Below, in pieces: positions 22,698-32,222 of a stretch of 41,496 nt of DNA. The notes beneath the pieces were generated by a model that was not told where the DNA came from, searched no databases, and saw only the letters and a program-made list of their open reading frames with translations. How positions within the stretch are numbered: position 1 is the stretch's first letter; the number at the start of each line of letters is the position of its first letter. Position numbers and translations under genes: made by a program. The stretch lies in NCBI GenBank assembly GCA_963934255.1, contig CAWVXU010000014.1:1-41496 (forward strand), read 5' to 3'. Source of the stretch: an uncultured Fibrobacterales bacterium. Lineage in GTDB: Bacteria > Fibrobacterota > Fibrobacteria > Fibrobacterales > CAWVXU01.

Positions 22698-23543
22698 ATG
22701 AGCGCAAACATTACAGGTAAAACAGGGGTTATCGGAATTTTGGGCTATCCTGTCGAGCATTCCTTTTCCCCTCCTATGCATAATGCAGCGTTTAAAGATT
22801 TGGGGCTCGACTTTGTCTATGTCCCACTTCCTACTGCACCTGAGGATTTAGGTGATGCCGTCAAAGGTTTCCGCGCTATGGGAATGACCGGCGCCAATGT
22901 CACTATCCCCCATAAGACTGAAATTGGTCAATATCTCGATGCACTTGACCCCATTGCTAAACTCACCGGCAGCGTCAACACCCTCTATTACAAAGACGGC
23001 AAACTTCGGGGCACAAGTACTGATCCATTTGGAGCCCTTGAACACATCCGACGACGAAATATTTCACTTCGAAATAAAACCATTGCCATTCTCGGATATG
23101 GTGGAGCAGCACGCGCAATTGCATTTGAAATCTGCTTACAATATCCGGATCAAAAGCTGATAATTCAAGGCCGTAACCTTGAAAAAGGCAGTACTCTTGT
23201 CAAAGAACTCAAGAAAAGCACTACAGCTACAGTTGAATTTATTCAAGATTACCTAGTAATGAGTCAAGAAGCTGAAATCATAATAAATTGTACTTCACTA
23301 GGAATGCACCCGAACGAAGATACCTCTCCATGTGGATCAGAAGATTTCAAATCATCACAGGTGATTTATGATATTGTCTACGCACCTAGAGAAACACTTT
23401 GGATGAAAAATGCCAAAGCCCAAGGTTGTCAAGTCATCGGTGGATTAGGTATGCTTGTTTTTCAAGGCCTCAAGTCATTTGAACTTTGGACCGGCCAGGA
23501 ACCTAAGAGTGATTTGATGTTCAAAGCTGTGGATCATTTATAG
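22698..23543 (+). CDS. aroE: Shikimate dehydrogenase
   Basis: HSFSPPMHN, NVTIPHK, SVNT, GYGGAARA, DIVYAP, MLVFQG. Confidence 0.92.
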   Translation: MSANITGKTGVIGILGYPVEHSFSPPMHNAAFKDLGLDFVYVPLPTAPEDLGDAVKGFRAMGMTGANVTIPHKTEIGQYLDALDPIAKLTGSVNTLYYKDGKLRGTSTDPFGALEHIRRRNISLRNKTIAILGYGGAARAIAFEICLQYPDQKLIIQGRNLEKGSTLVKELKKSTTATVEFIQDYLVMSQEAEIIINCTSLGMHPNEDTSPCGSEDFKSSQVIYDIVYAPRETLWMKNAKAQGCQVIGGLGMLVFQGLKSFELWTGQEPKSDLMFKAVDHL

Positions 23544-23904
23544 GTTTATCGCCTATTAAAAAGAAATAATTTTGACTCAAAATATACTTGTTCGCTAGCA
23601 AGCAGAACCTGATGTATTACTCTGGCAAATTGCCTTTTTTATTTCTCTGTCTATCAAATTGGTATAATACATGTTTTTTCCTCATTATTTCGCATTTCTA
23701 AGTAAAATCTCGCTACCCCTCACGTCAAAATGATTTATATTCTTAGTTAACTATAATATCGTATACCATCCTTGTATGCATTTCGATGCTATTTCTAACT
23801 CCCATACTTTAAATAAGTTAGAGGAAATTGAAACAAGGACATTTTTGAGAATTCAAACGAATTTAAAATGAAAATGAGTGATATACCGAAGAAAGTTGTG
23901 GGTC

Positions 23905-25527
23905 ATGATGAACCATCCATCTCCTAAGAAGAATGTCTTCTTTACTGGCTTTATGGCCACGGGTAAAACACGTATTGGTGAAGCCACAGCTCGGTCTCTT
24001 GGCTGGCAATTTGTGGACACTGATCGTTATATTGAATCAGAGCAAGGCAGAAGCATTTCAGAGATTTTTGAAAAAGAAGGCGAAGCCTACTTTAGAGATC
24101 TAGAATTCAAAGCAATCCAAACACTTACTCGTAAAGAATTTCACATCATATCACTTGGAGGTGGAGCGCTTACCCAATCTCGTGTAATGAAGCTCATCAA
24201 AGCTGAAGGTATTCTAGTCAGACTTTGGGCACCTGTTGAAGTGATTTCGGAGCGTATCGGTCGTAAAAATACTCGTCCTTTAATGCAAGGACTTAATGAC
24301 GAGGAGCGTCGAAATAAAGTTGCCGCAATGCTCGCAGCTCGTGAACCATACTATTCTCATGCTGACATTTCCATCGAGTCAAGAGAAGACACCTCAGTTG
24401 AACTTTTAGTCCGTCAACTCAGATCTAAAATCGCTGCCTGGAATTACAAAGCTGTTGAAGTTAAAACGAGTCAAGGTAATTACCCTATATTTATTGGAGA
24501 AAACTTCCTTGATTTGACGCAGGCAATATTACGTGGGCTGAATCTTCACACTGATTACCTGATTGTCACTGACACAAATGTCGCTCGTGCTCAACGACAC
24601 AATTTAAAGAAACTCACCAAGCAAGCAAATGGCGCTAGAAATTTTCGGTTCCCTGCCGGTGAAGAATACAAGAATGTACAAACACTCAATCGTCTATATA
24701 CATATATGTTGAGAAAAGGATACTCTCGCAAGACTACATTGATTCAGTTTTCGGGTGGTGTTACAGGTGATATGGCAGGCTATGGTGCTGCATCTTACCA
24801 AAGAGGGATTCCTTTTATCCAAGTACCCACGACATTACTATCTATGGTAGATAGTTCAGTGGGCGGTAAAGTTGCCGTCAATCACGCACTCGGCAAAAAC
24901 ATGATCGGTGCTTTTTATCAGCCCAAGGCTGTTTTGATTAATTTAGAAGTACTCGAGACCCTTGAGCCATCTGAATATTTAGCTGGACTCGCCGAAGTGG
25001 TCAAATACGGAATCATTTGGGATGAAGAATTTTTCAAACTCCTTGAGGACAACGTCGAACCTCTCAAAAATCGCGACTTAGGCATCTTAAAAACAGTGGT
25101 GACAAAGTGCTGTAAAATTAAAGCTGAAGTGGTATCTCAAGATGAAACTGAACAAGGTATTCGAGCCATCTTGAATTACGGCCACACATTTGGCCATGCT
25201 ATTGAAAAACTCACAGAATACAAGGTCTACTCACATGGAACTGCCGTTTCACTTGGGATGCGCGTTGCTGGTCAGCTCGCACAAAATCTCGGACTTTGGA
25301 CTGCTGCAGAAAACACTCGTCAGACTAGACTACTCGACGCGCTTGGATTCCCCAAAACTCACAAAGTTGATATTAATGCTGCTTGGGAGGCAATGGGTAT
25401 TGACAAAAAGGTGGACCAGGGAAAACGAGTTTATATACTCCCCACCAAAATAGGCCATGTCAAGAAAGTTCAAGACACACCAACCACTCAAATTGAGATT
25501 GCATGGAAAGCCATTGACTCTGAGTGA
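23905..25527 (+). CDS. aroKB: Bifunctional shikimate kinase / 3-dehydroquinate synthase (AroK-AroB fusion)
   Basis: N-terminal GFMATGKT, DTD, GEAYFRDLE, SLGGG, RPL; C-terminal GEEYK, GGVTGD, PTTLLSMVDSSVGGK, LNYGHTFGHA. Start is ATG 23905 or 23908 (GTG 23878 possible). Confidence 0.92.
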   Translation: MMNHPSPKKNVFFTGFMATGKTRIGEATARSLGWQFVDTDRYIESEQGRSISEIFEKEGEAYFRDLEFKAIQTLTRKEFHIISLGGGALTQSRVMKLIKAEGILVRLWAPVEVISERIGRKNTRPLMQGLNDEERRNKVAAMLAAREPYYSHADISIESREDTSVELLVRQLRSKIAAWNYKAVEVKTSQGNYPIFIGENFLDLTQAILRGLNLHTDYLIVTDTNVARAQRHNLKKLTKQANGARNFRFPAGEEYKNVQTLNRLYTYMLRKGYSRKTTLIQFSGGVTGDMAGYGAASYQRGIPFIQVPTTLLSMVDSSVGGKVAVNHALGKNMIGAFYQPKAVLINLEVLETLEPSEYLAGLAEVVKYGIIWDEEFFKLLEDNVEPLKNRDLGILKTVVTKCCKIKAEVVSQDETEQGIRAILNYGHTFGHAIEKLTEYKVYSHGTAVSLGMRVAGQLAQNLGLWTAAENTRQTRLLDALGFPKTHKVDINAAWEAMGIDKKVDQGKRVYILPTKIGHVKKVQDTPTTQIEIAWKAIDSE

Positions 25528-25586
25528 GAATTAAAATATGATGAAGATACAGAACATTTGGACTCAATATGTAGGAATAACTTAAA

Positions 25587-26558
25587 ATGAGTGTTTTAAT
25601 CACGGGTGGCACTGGAACTCTAGGGTTTCATTTGCTCAATATCATGAGTCACTCTAAGGGCGATTTAATCTCTTTTAGTCCGGAACCTGGTAAATATTAT
25701 AGGAAACTTGAGCATGTTTCATATGAATACGGTGATCTTTTGGATTTCAATAGTATTGCTGATGTTCTTAAGAAATATCAGCCTAAAGAGGTTTACCATA
25801 TTGCGTCTCAATCAAATGTTGGGGTCTCTCATCAAAAACCCTTTGAAACACTTGAAACGAATTTCATGGGAACCCAAAATCTTTTAGAAGCCATTCGAAG
25901 ACACACTCCAAAGTCAAAAGTTTTACTTCTGAGTTCTTCGGATATTTATGGTGCTGGTGAAGGCCTCCTAGATGTGATGCATGTCGAGGACGACCCATAC
26001 AAACCTTTGACACCTTACGCTACAAGTAAAGCATGTTTGGAGATTCTAGGGCTTCAATTCCAACGTGCATGGGGTATGCATTTAAGTATAGTTCGACCTT
26101 TTAACTTCACCGGGCCTTATCACTCGAGACGTTTTGTTCTACCTAATATTGCTGAACAATTAGTAAAAATTGCAAACTATGGAAGCGAACCTGTGATCTA
26201 CGCCGGTAATCTTGATGTGACTCGTGACATTTTAGATGTTCGTGATTTATCGAGAGCCTTGGTTCTTGTAATGAACATATCTACATCAGGGTCTATTTAT
26301 AATGTTTGCTCTGGTCAAGTTCGAACTATTCGTGAACTCGTCGAAGGCCTTGTAGATATTTGTCCTGTTGATGTAGATATTCGCCGCGACCCGAGTCGAG
26401 AACGCGCCAATGATATTCCGCTCTTAATGGGTTCACCTGAGAAACTGATGCGAGATACTGGGTGGAAGCCCTTAATTGAAATTGATGACTCACTCAAAGA
26501 TATTTATCGCGAGATGGAGCTAAGAGTTCAAAAAGAATTTGATCTCACTAAAATCTAA
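25587..26558 (+). CDS. Extended SDR NAD(P)-dependent epimerase/dehydratase (Rmd/Gmd-like)
   Basis: VLITGGTGTLG, SSSDIYG, YATSK (YxxxK), RPFNFTGP, GNLDVTRDILDVRD. Confidence 0.85.
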   Translation: MSVLITGGTGTLGFHLLNIMSHSKGDLISFSPEPGKYYRKLEHVSYEYGDLLDFNSIADVLKKYQPKEVYHIASQSNVGVSHQKPFETLETNFMGTQNLLEAIRRHTPKSKVLLLSSSDIYGAGEGLLDVMHVEDDPYKPLTPYATSKACLEILGLQFQRAWGMHLSIVRPFNFTGPYHSRRFVLPNIAEQLVKIANYGSEPVIYAGNLDVTRDILDVRDLSRALVLVMNISTSGSIYNVCSGQVRTIRELVEGLVDICPVDVDIRRDPSRERANDIPLLMGSPEKLMRDTGWKPLIEIDDSLKDIYREMELRVQKEFDLTKI

Positions 26559-26574
26559 CTAAGGCATAAAAGAG

Positions 26575-26609
26575 CAAAAAAATGCCTACTTCAATCAAAG
26601 CAGGCATTT
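26575..26609 (-). terminator. Intrinsic terminator of the deacetylase-epimerase unit, possibly bidirectional
   Basis: Minus strand AAATGCCTGCTT-TGATTG-AAGTAGGCATTT followed by a T run. Confidence 0.8.
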
Positions 26610-26632
26610 GTCATTTTCAAACCATTCTCAAT

Positions 26633-27574
26633 CTATTTAACTGAAACAGCACACCAAGTTTCAACCCATTCTCCAGGTGCCAAATCTTTGCGACCTAGTC
26701 CATCACGATTAAAACTATCCGTCGCACCAGATATTGGTTCGATCGCAATAGACTCACGATTATCAGGTATATAAACTTGAACAAACTTAAAGAACTCACG
26801 GTCTTGATGTAAGATTAATTTCCTGTCTTCAAACTCAAGAACAGTCTTTGAATCACTCGGCACTGAAATTGCGTGATCGAGTTCTACAGTTTCAACAGAA
26901 GCACCATTTCTAAAATCTAGCTCCGTACCTTCTACCGAAGGGATTTCACCCGTAGGGATAAGATCACTATCAACAGCGACATAGACATCTGACTTCATTG
27001 TCATTGAATGACCCGCAAGCCCTTCGCCAATTTTGAAATACGGATGCCACCCAAGAGCAATTGGAGCGACCCCTTGGCCTAAATTTTTCATCTTAAAAGA
27101 AATCATAAAGCCATTTGCATCAAGTAGATACTTGGCTTCGTAGGCCACTTTAAACGGATAACCAGCAAAAGCTTCATCATCAATCTCAAAACTTAAAACG
27201 AGGTGTGCAGACTCAACTCCACACGCTTCAGATTCAATTTTCATTTCTTGATTATAAATCAACCCATGAATCGAAGAACCATCCGAGGGACAATTTACTG
27301 GAAGATGGTGAACGTCCCCTTGATAAAAATATTTAGCGTCAGGGATGCGGTCATTAAAAGGGAAAAGTAACCGGCCTCTAAAGCTGTGATTATCTGTATA
27401 ATGTTTCTCATCAACTTTAAGAAGCTCTCGAAGACCTGATTCATCAAGCAAAGTAATTTGATTGACGGTGCCACCAAGTGAAGGAACGATGACAACAGAT
27501 TCGTTCGTCTGGCTATTCACCAGACTCACGACATCATAATTACCATCATGGAATTTTTTAATTTCAAAACTCAT
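26633..27574 (-). CDS. Aldose 1-epimerase (galactose mutarotase-like)
   Basis: LFPFNDRI, IHGL, GYPF, GWHPYF, IPTGE, LDH, IAIEP. Confidence 0.88.
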   Translation of the reverse strand: MSFEIKKFHDGNYDVVSLVNSQTNESVVIVPSLGGTVNQITLLDESGLRELLKVDEKHYTDNHSFRGRLLFPFNDRIPDAKYFYQGDVHHLPVNCPSDGSSIHGLIYNQEMKIESEACGVESAHLVLSFEIDDEAFAGYPFKVAYEAKYLLDANGFMISFKMKNLGQGVAPIALGWHPYFKIGEGLAGHSMTMKSDVYVAVDSDLIPTGEIPSVEGTELDFRNGASVETVELDHAISVPSDSKTVLEFEDRKLILHQDREFFKFVQVYIPDNRESIAIEPISGATDSFNRDGLGRKDLAPGEWVETWCAVSVK

Positions 27575-27584
27575 GAGTACCTAC

Positions 27585-28394
27585 TTATTCAAAAAGATGT
27601 TTGTACTTCGAAGGGCGGTAAAATTCAAAAGTCAGATCACGTAAAAACTCAACTGAACCTGATCGACGAACTGACTCAATGAGAGAGGCGATTTGTGGTT
27701 GTGAACGATAAACTTCAATCGATTTAATTTTCTTTTCAAGAGCTTCATCAGAAGACTCAATTCTAATATCAGGCTCACCTCCAAAATCACAATAGATAGC
27801 CATCTCATAGACAGATGGAATAGCCGGTAATTTATCACCCAGCTCAGGCCAAATATCACCTGAAGCATGGAAAACCGAAATCAGTAATTCTTGATATGTC
27901 AGTTTATGATCTGGATGATAGTCAGAACCACCAGGTACAAAAACACGAGTCGGGCGCACACGACGAAGTGACTTGGTATAAGAGGGCTGTAGACCACTTA
28001 GGCCTTCGACAGCAACTGGGCTTGATTCGTCTGCAAAGCGGGCACCAGAATATATATTTAAAGAACCATCAGGATATCCCAAAAACTCAATATTTTTAAT
28101 TCCAAAAAGATCAAAACTCTCGCGAGTTTCAGCTTCACGTACATCTTTTATAGTTGTCTTTTGTTCAGGAGTACAATATCCCATTTGACCATTAGTCGTA
28201 ATAACCATGCTCATTTTAACACCCTCTTCAAGTGCTTTTTGCATGATAAGACCGCCACCTAGGACTATGTCGTCATCATGAGGAGCAACAAACAACCAGT
28301 GTTCATCTTCGCCTTTCCAATCTTTAAAAATATCGCTCAAATTACTTGAGTGACGAACTTGACCCTTTTCACGTATTGATAGACGAGTGCTCAT
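27585..28394 (-). CDS. PIG-L/LmbE family Zn-dependent de-N-acetylase
   Basis: VAPHDDD, TNGQMG, REAE, YPDG, HPDH, YRSQ; AAGGA RBS. Confidence 0.88.
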   Translation of the reverse strand: MSTRLSIREKGQVRHSSNLSDIFKDWKGEDEHWLFVAPHDDDIVLGGGLIMQKALEEGVKMSMVITTNGQMGYCTPEQKTTIKDVREAETRESFDLFGIKNIEFLGYPDGSLNIYSGARFADESSPVAVEGLSGLQPSYTKSLRRVRPTRVFVPGGSDYHPDHKLTYQELLISVFHASGDIWPELGDKLPAIPSVYEMAIYCDFGGEPDIRIESSDEALEKKIKSIEVYRSQPQIASLIESVRRSGSVEFLRDLTFEFYRPSKYKHLFE

Positions 28395-28716
28395 AAAATA
28401 ATCCTTTTACATTTTTATTAAAATATAGCCATTTTTGAGCTATTTTACTCCAAACACAATTAACTCAAAAACTATTTTCGGATTGTGTTAGCATCCTATT
28501 TGGCTTCATAGTCTCGGTACCATATATTGTCCATTTTTATGTTTTGACATTATCCAGAAATTATTTTGTGCATTGGCTTTGGATATATAGTACAATTTAT
28601 GATAATATACGTATTAGTATTGAGAAGAAGAATAAGATTGAAGGGCTTTACACAAACTGAGTAAAAATAATTTTAAATCAGATGATTTTAATTTCAGCCT
28701 TAAAGTAGAAATAACA

Positions 28717-31137
28717 ATGGATCAATTACCCAAACTATCGCCTTATGAATTTGGCTTCGACCGCGAAGAGCTAGGTTTTAGAGCCAATGACGGTAGCTAT
28801 TTTGATTCTCTTTTTATTGCCGCACCTAATGTCACTTGGGGCTACGCAGAAGGTAAAATCACTAACGATAACGTTGAAGAAGTTTTTGAAAATTGGGATA
28901 GAAACAATAGAACACTGTATCTTTTTAATGGTGGTAAACCCATAATCCATTTGGTAGATTATGGTAATCTACCGATCCCTTCGATCAAGGTTAAAAATGT
29001 AGCAAACCGTTATTTTAATATGTGGTTTAACGAAGGAATAATGGGTCATCAAGCCATTATAAATGCTCCCGCAGTTTACCAGCTAATTGGAAAGTTTTTG
29101 GGTGACAAAAACCCCAACATTAAACGGACTTTTTATAAAAAATGGGATGTAGCCATCTCATCTCTTAATATCATATTTCTAATAGAAAATGCTGATTTTG
29201 AAGCACAGTTTAATTCTAACGTACTTGCCCCACCTGATATATTTCTCAAAGAATCTCAATTCATGGGTAATTTAATTCCATTTCCACCCGGATGTTTTGT
29301 TTCTACCAATGGTATTGGAAAAGTTTTTATTTATCAAATTCGTAAAAATCTATTCTATACATTTAGCTACGGAGACTTAACTCACGAAGATTTTAAACAT
29401 TACATAAAAGCTCAAATAGCAATTGGCAAGCAAAACCCTGATCAAGAACTATTTCTCATTAACAATAGTCTTCACTTATCTAGCTCTTCCTTCAAATCCC
29501 GCAAAATGGAGGCTGAATTTGTTATGAGTGCTGAATATCCATTTAAAAATTGCGCCCTAATAACAAATGGACTCACCTTAATTTCTGCTAAAATCATACA
29601 ATCTTTTAATTCAATTTTCAAAGAGCGACTTCATCTTTTTAATACCATAGAGGATGCGTTTAAAAGTTTCAGTGAAGAGCCATCACCTTCTTACGAGTCT
29701 GAGCCCATTAATGTAGATACAACTATTGAGGAAAAACTTGAACTTGCACAAAATCAAATTAAGCAAATGCAAGAAGAGCGCAATCAAAATATAGAATGGG
29801 TAACTCATGCTCTTGGTGGAATTACTTGGAATAATCAGAACCACAACTTTAATCTCCCTACTAATATCAACGAAAACCCTTACAAAGATATTTATTACTC
29901 AATATTATTAGTAAATACTGACCTCCGAGAAATCATTTCTGACCGAGATGATTATTTGAAAAAAATTGAGACAGAAAAAGAAAAAGCTGAAGGTGCAGTT
30001 AAAACCAAAGCAAGCTTCCTGTCCACCATGTCGCATGAAATCCGAACTCCACTTAATGCTGTTATAGGGCTTAGTGAGATTCTCATTGATGAAAATAATG
30101 ATCCCAAACAACTTGATAACCTTGAAACATTAGCAAATTCCGGTAAAAACCTTTTATCACTCATAAATGATATCCTTGATTTTTCTAAAATTGAATCCGA
30201 TTTAGAATTAGAAAATCACACATTTAGTATCACTTATCTAATCAACTCAATTAGCAAGGCTTTTACTCCAATGCTAAGACAAAAAGACTTGGTATTTAAT
30301 ACACATATATCAGAAGAACTTCAAGATATCCAGTTAAAAAGTGACTCAACCCGATTAACTCAGATCTTAAACAATCTGATTGGAAATTCTGTTAAATTCA
30401 CTCACGAAGGTGAAATTAGCCTTTACGTCACTGAACTTTCTCGGTCAGACAAATTAGTGAAAATTCAATTTCAAGTATTGGATTCAGGCATAGGAATTAA
30501 AGAATCTAGACTCTCTTCAATTTGGGATGAATTCACTCAAATCAGTCAAAGTGGCAACCGTCAATTTGGAGGCAGTGGACTCGGCCTTACTATTACAAAA
30601 AAGCTCATTGAAATGTTTCACGGAAATGTGACCGTAGAAAGCCAAGAGGGCGTGGGGACCCAATTCTCATTTGAAATAACTTTCCCTTACGAAAAAATCA
30701 ACTTAAATGTTATCCAAGATGTTGGATTTGATGAAACTACACTCATTGGACTTAAGGTACTCGTTATAGATGACAACCATATCAACCTTAAGGTCGCTAA
30801 CAAACACCTTGAAAAATTTGGCTGTGCCACCACACTCGCACTGAGTGGTAGTCAAGCAATCCTTCTCTATCAAAAATCAACTTTTGATATTATACTGATG
30901 GATTTACAAATGCCAATTATGGATGGCTTTGAGACTGCTCAGGAATTGATTTCAATTAACCCCAATGCCAAGATAATCGCACTCACTGCAGACGTATTTC
31001 CTGAGACCAAAGAGCGCGTGACAAATAGCTCGATGATATCATACCTTACCAAGCCCATTATCCGTAAAAAGCTTTTTAGTGAGTTATCCAAGATTCACAA
31101 TCTTAAATCTCCACCTTTCCAACTACCCCAATCATAA
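28717..31137 (+). CDS. Soluble hybrid sensor histidine kinase (HisKA-HATPase-REC)
   Basis: FLSTMSHEIRTPLN, QILNNLIGNSVKFT, DSGIGI, GGSGLGL, receiver VIDDN...LMDLQMPIMDG...KP; no clear TM helix. Confidence 0.9.
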   Translation: MDQLPKLSPYEFGFDREELGFRANDGSYFDSLFIAAPNVTWGYAEGKITNDNVEEVFENWDRNNRTLYLFNGGKPIIHLVDYGNLPIPSIKVKNVANRYFNMWFNEGIMGHQAIINAPAVYQLIGKFLGDKNPNIKRTFYKKWDVAISSLNIIFLIENADFEAQFNSNVLAPPDIFLKESQFMGNLIPFPPGCFVSTNGIGKVFIYQIRKNLFYTFSYGDLTHEDFKHYIKAQIAIGKQNPDQELFLINNSLHLSSSSFKSRKMEAEFVMSAEYPFKNCALITNGLTLISAKIIQSFNSIFKERLHLFNTIEDAFKSFSEEPSPSYESEPINVDTTIEEKLELAQNQIKQMQEERNQNIEWVTHALGGITWNNQNHNFNLPTNINENPYKDIYYSILLVNTDLREIISDRDDYLKKIETEKEKAEGAVKTKASFLSTMSHEIRTPLNAVIGLSEILIDENNDPKQLDNLETLANSGKNLLSLINDILDFSKIESDLELENHTFSITYLINSISKAFTPMLRQKDLVFNTHISEELQDIQLKSDSTRLTQILNNLIGNSVKFTHEGEISLYVTELSRSDKLVKIQFQVLDSGIGIKESRLSSIWDEFTQISQSGNRQFGGSGLGLTITKKLIEMFHGNVTVESQEGVGTQFSFEITFPYEKINLNVIQDVGFDETTLIGLKVLVIDDNHINLKVANKHLEKFGCATTLALSGSQAILLYQKSTFDIILMDLQMPIMDGFETAQELISINPNAKIIALTADVFPETKERVTNSSMISYLTKPIIRKKLFSELSKIHNLKSPPFQLPQS

Positions 31138-31143
31138 ATAACT

Positions 31144-31177
31144 AAAAAAAGGGCTGTCAATAAAATGACAGCCCCTT
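31144..31177 (-). terminator. Intrinsic terminator of the pfk-like/SIS unit, possibly bidirectional
   Basis: GGGCTGTCA-ATAAAA-TGACAGCCC perfect 9-bp stem, followed by T7 on the minus strand. Confidence 0.88.
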
Positions 31178-31198
31178 AAAATATTATAGGAGATGGAC

Positions 31199-32212
31199 CT
31201 ATCCAATAAACTCATTGCCCACTTTACGTGCACGAACAGGTTTGTCAAGATCAATACCAGTTTGGACTCCAACTTCAACAAGAAGATTCCATCCAGCAGC
31301 AAGTTCAAGGTAAGCACCCATATCACCGGCGTCAGGAATTTTGTAAGTTGGAAATGAAGTTTCGCGTGTAGAAATAGCAACAAGACCAATTCCAACGCCA
31401 TCAACTAATACTTCTCGGTATTTAGCTTCTTCAGCTTCCCACGGGTTGACAACAATAATGGCCTCATCAGCATTCATTACTTCTTCAATTCCGTGAGCAG
31501 CATATGTGCCTTCAAGGAAGTCTGATTTTTTACGAGTGATTTCGTTTGTTTTAAGACGAAGCTCTTCAGCCACACCATTATTTTTACCAGCCCAGTATAG
31601 GATAGGAGATTCAATAAGCGGAGCAATAACGTCTTCAGGGATAGAAGTTGTCAGAACAGCTTCCATTTGATCACCCAGTTTTTGAAGATCAGGAAGTGCA
31701 ACACCATTAAGAGTGCGCAATGCTAGCTCATAAACAAGGGCCTGCTCAGTCACTGATTTAGTTGCAGCTACAGCTTCTTCATTACCACAAGTAAGAACAT
31801 ATCCACCGTTAGTTGATTCAGCGATGATTGGAGTTCCAGCATGTGCTACAACGCCCATCAATGATTTGACAGATGCATTGGCTTTGAGATGACGAATAAG
31901 GCGAACTCCCTCTTTCGTTTTACCTGAGTTTGAAGCCACAAAAATTGAATGGTCATTCAACTTGTAGTCCATTGCTTGAGTTGCACCTTCAGTGAAGATA
32001 CGCTGAGGGTAACCAGCAGAAAGTGCATTAGCGATAGCATTTTTTGCAGGGAAGATGCGAGATGAACCTTCACCTGTGAGTAAAATTTTATCACCAAGCT
32101 GGGCAGCTAGGTCAGTAATTGCACCAGGTTGGAGTTTGCGAACGACGTCAGCAGTTTCAAGCATTTCTTTAACAAGCGCAAATTTACTGTGTTGTGGGTT
32201 ATTAATATCCAT
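31199..32212 (-). CDS. Double-SIS sugar-phosphate isomerase/deaminase (GlmS C-terminal-like, no glutaminase domain)
   Basis: TGEGSS, ASNSGKTKE, EEAVAATKS, EELRLKTNEI, AHG and DLDKP parallel the GlmS isomerase motifs; 337 aa. Confidence 0.82.
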   Translation of the reverse strand: MDINNPQHSKFALVKEMLETADVVRKLQPGAITDLAAQLGDKILLTGEGSSRIFPAKNAIANALSAGYPQRIFTEGATQAMDYKLNDHSIFVASNSGKTKEGVRLIRHLKANASVKSLMGVVAHAGTPIIAESTNGGYVLTCGNEEAVAATKSVTEQALVYELALRTLNGVALPDLQKLGDQMEAVLTTSIPEDVIAPLIESPILYWAGKNNGVAEELRLKTNEITRKKSDFLEGTYAAHGIEEVMNADEAIIVVNPWEAEEAKYREVLVDGVGIGLVAISTRETSFPTYKIPDAGDMGAYLELAAGWNLLVEVGVQTGIDLDKPVRARKVGNEFIG

Positions 32213-32222
32213 TTTATACCTC

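Noticed and set aside
22359..22781. 140-aa minus-strand ORF across hflX and aroE
   Set aside because: Overlaps two conserved genes and has no motif support.
23544..23877. Possible riboswitch or sRNA in the aroE-aroKB gap
   Set aside because: Only short palindromes such as GGCAAATTGCC; no T-box or c-di-GMP riboswitch consensus that I can recognise.
28675..28688. AAATCA-GA-TGATTT palindrome before the kinase gene
   Set aside because: Short and AT-rich, so plausible by chance; no convincing second copy.
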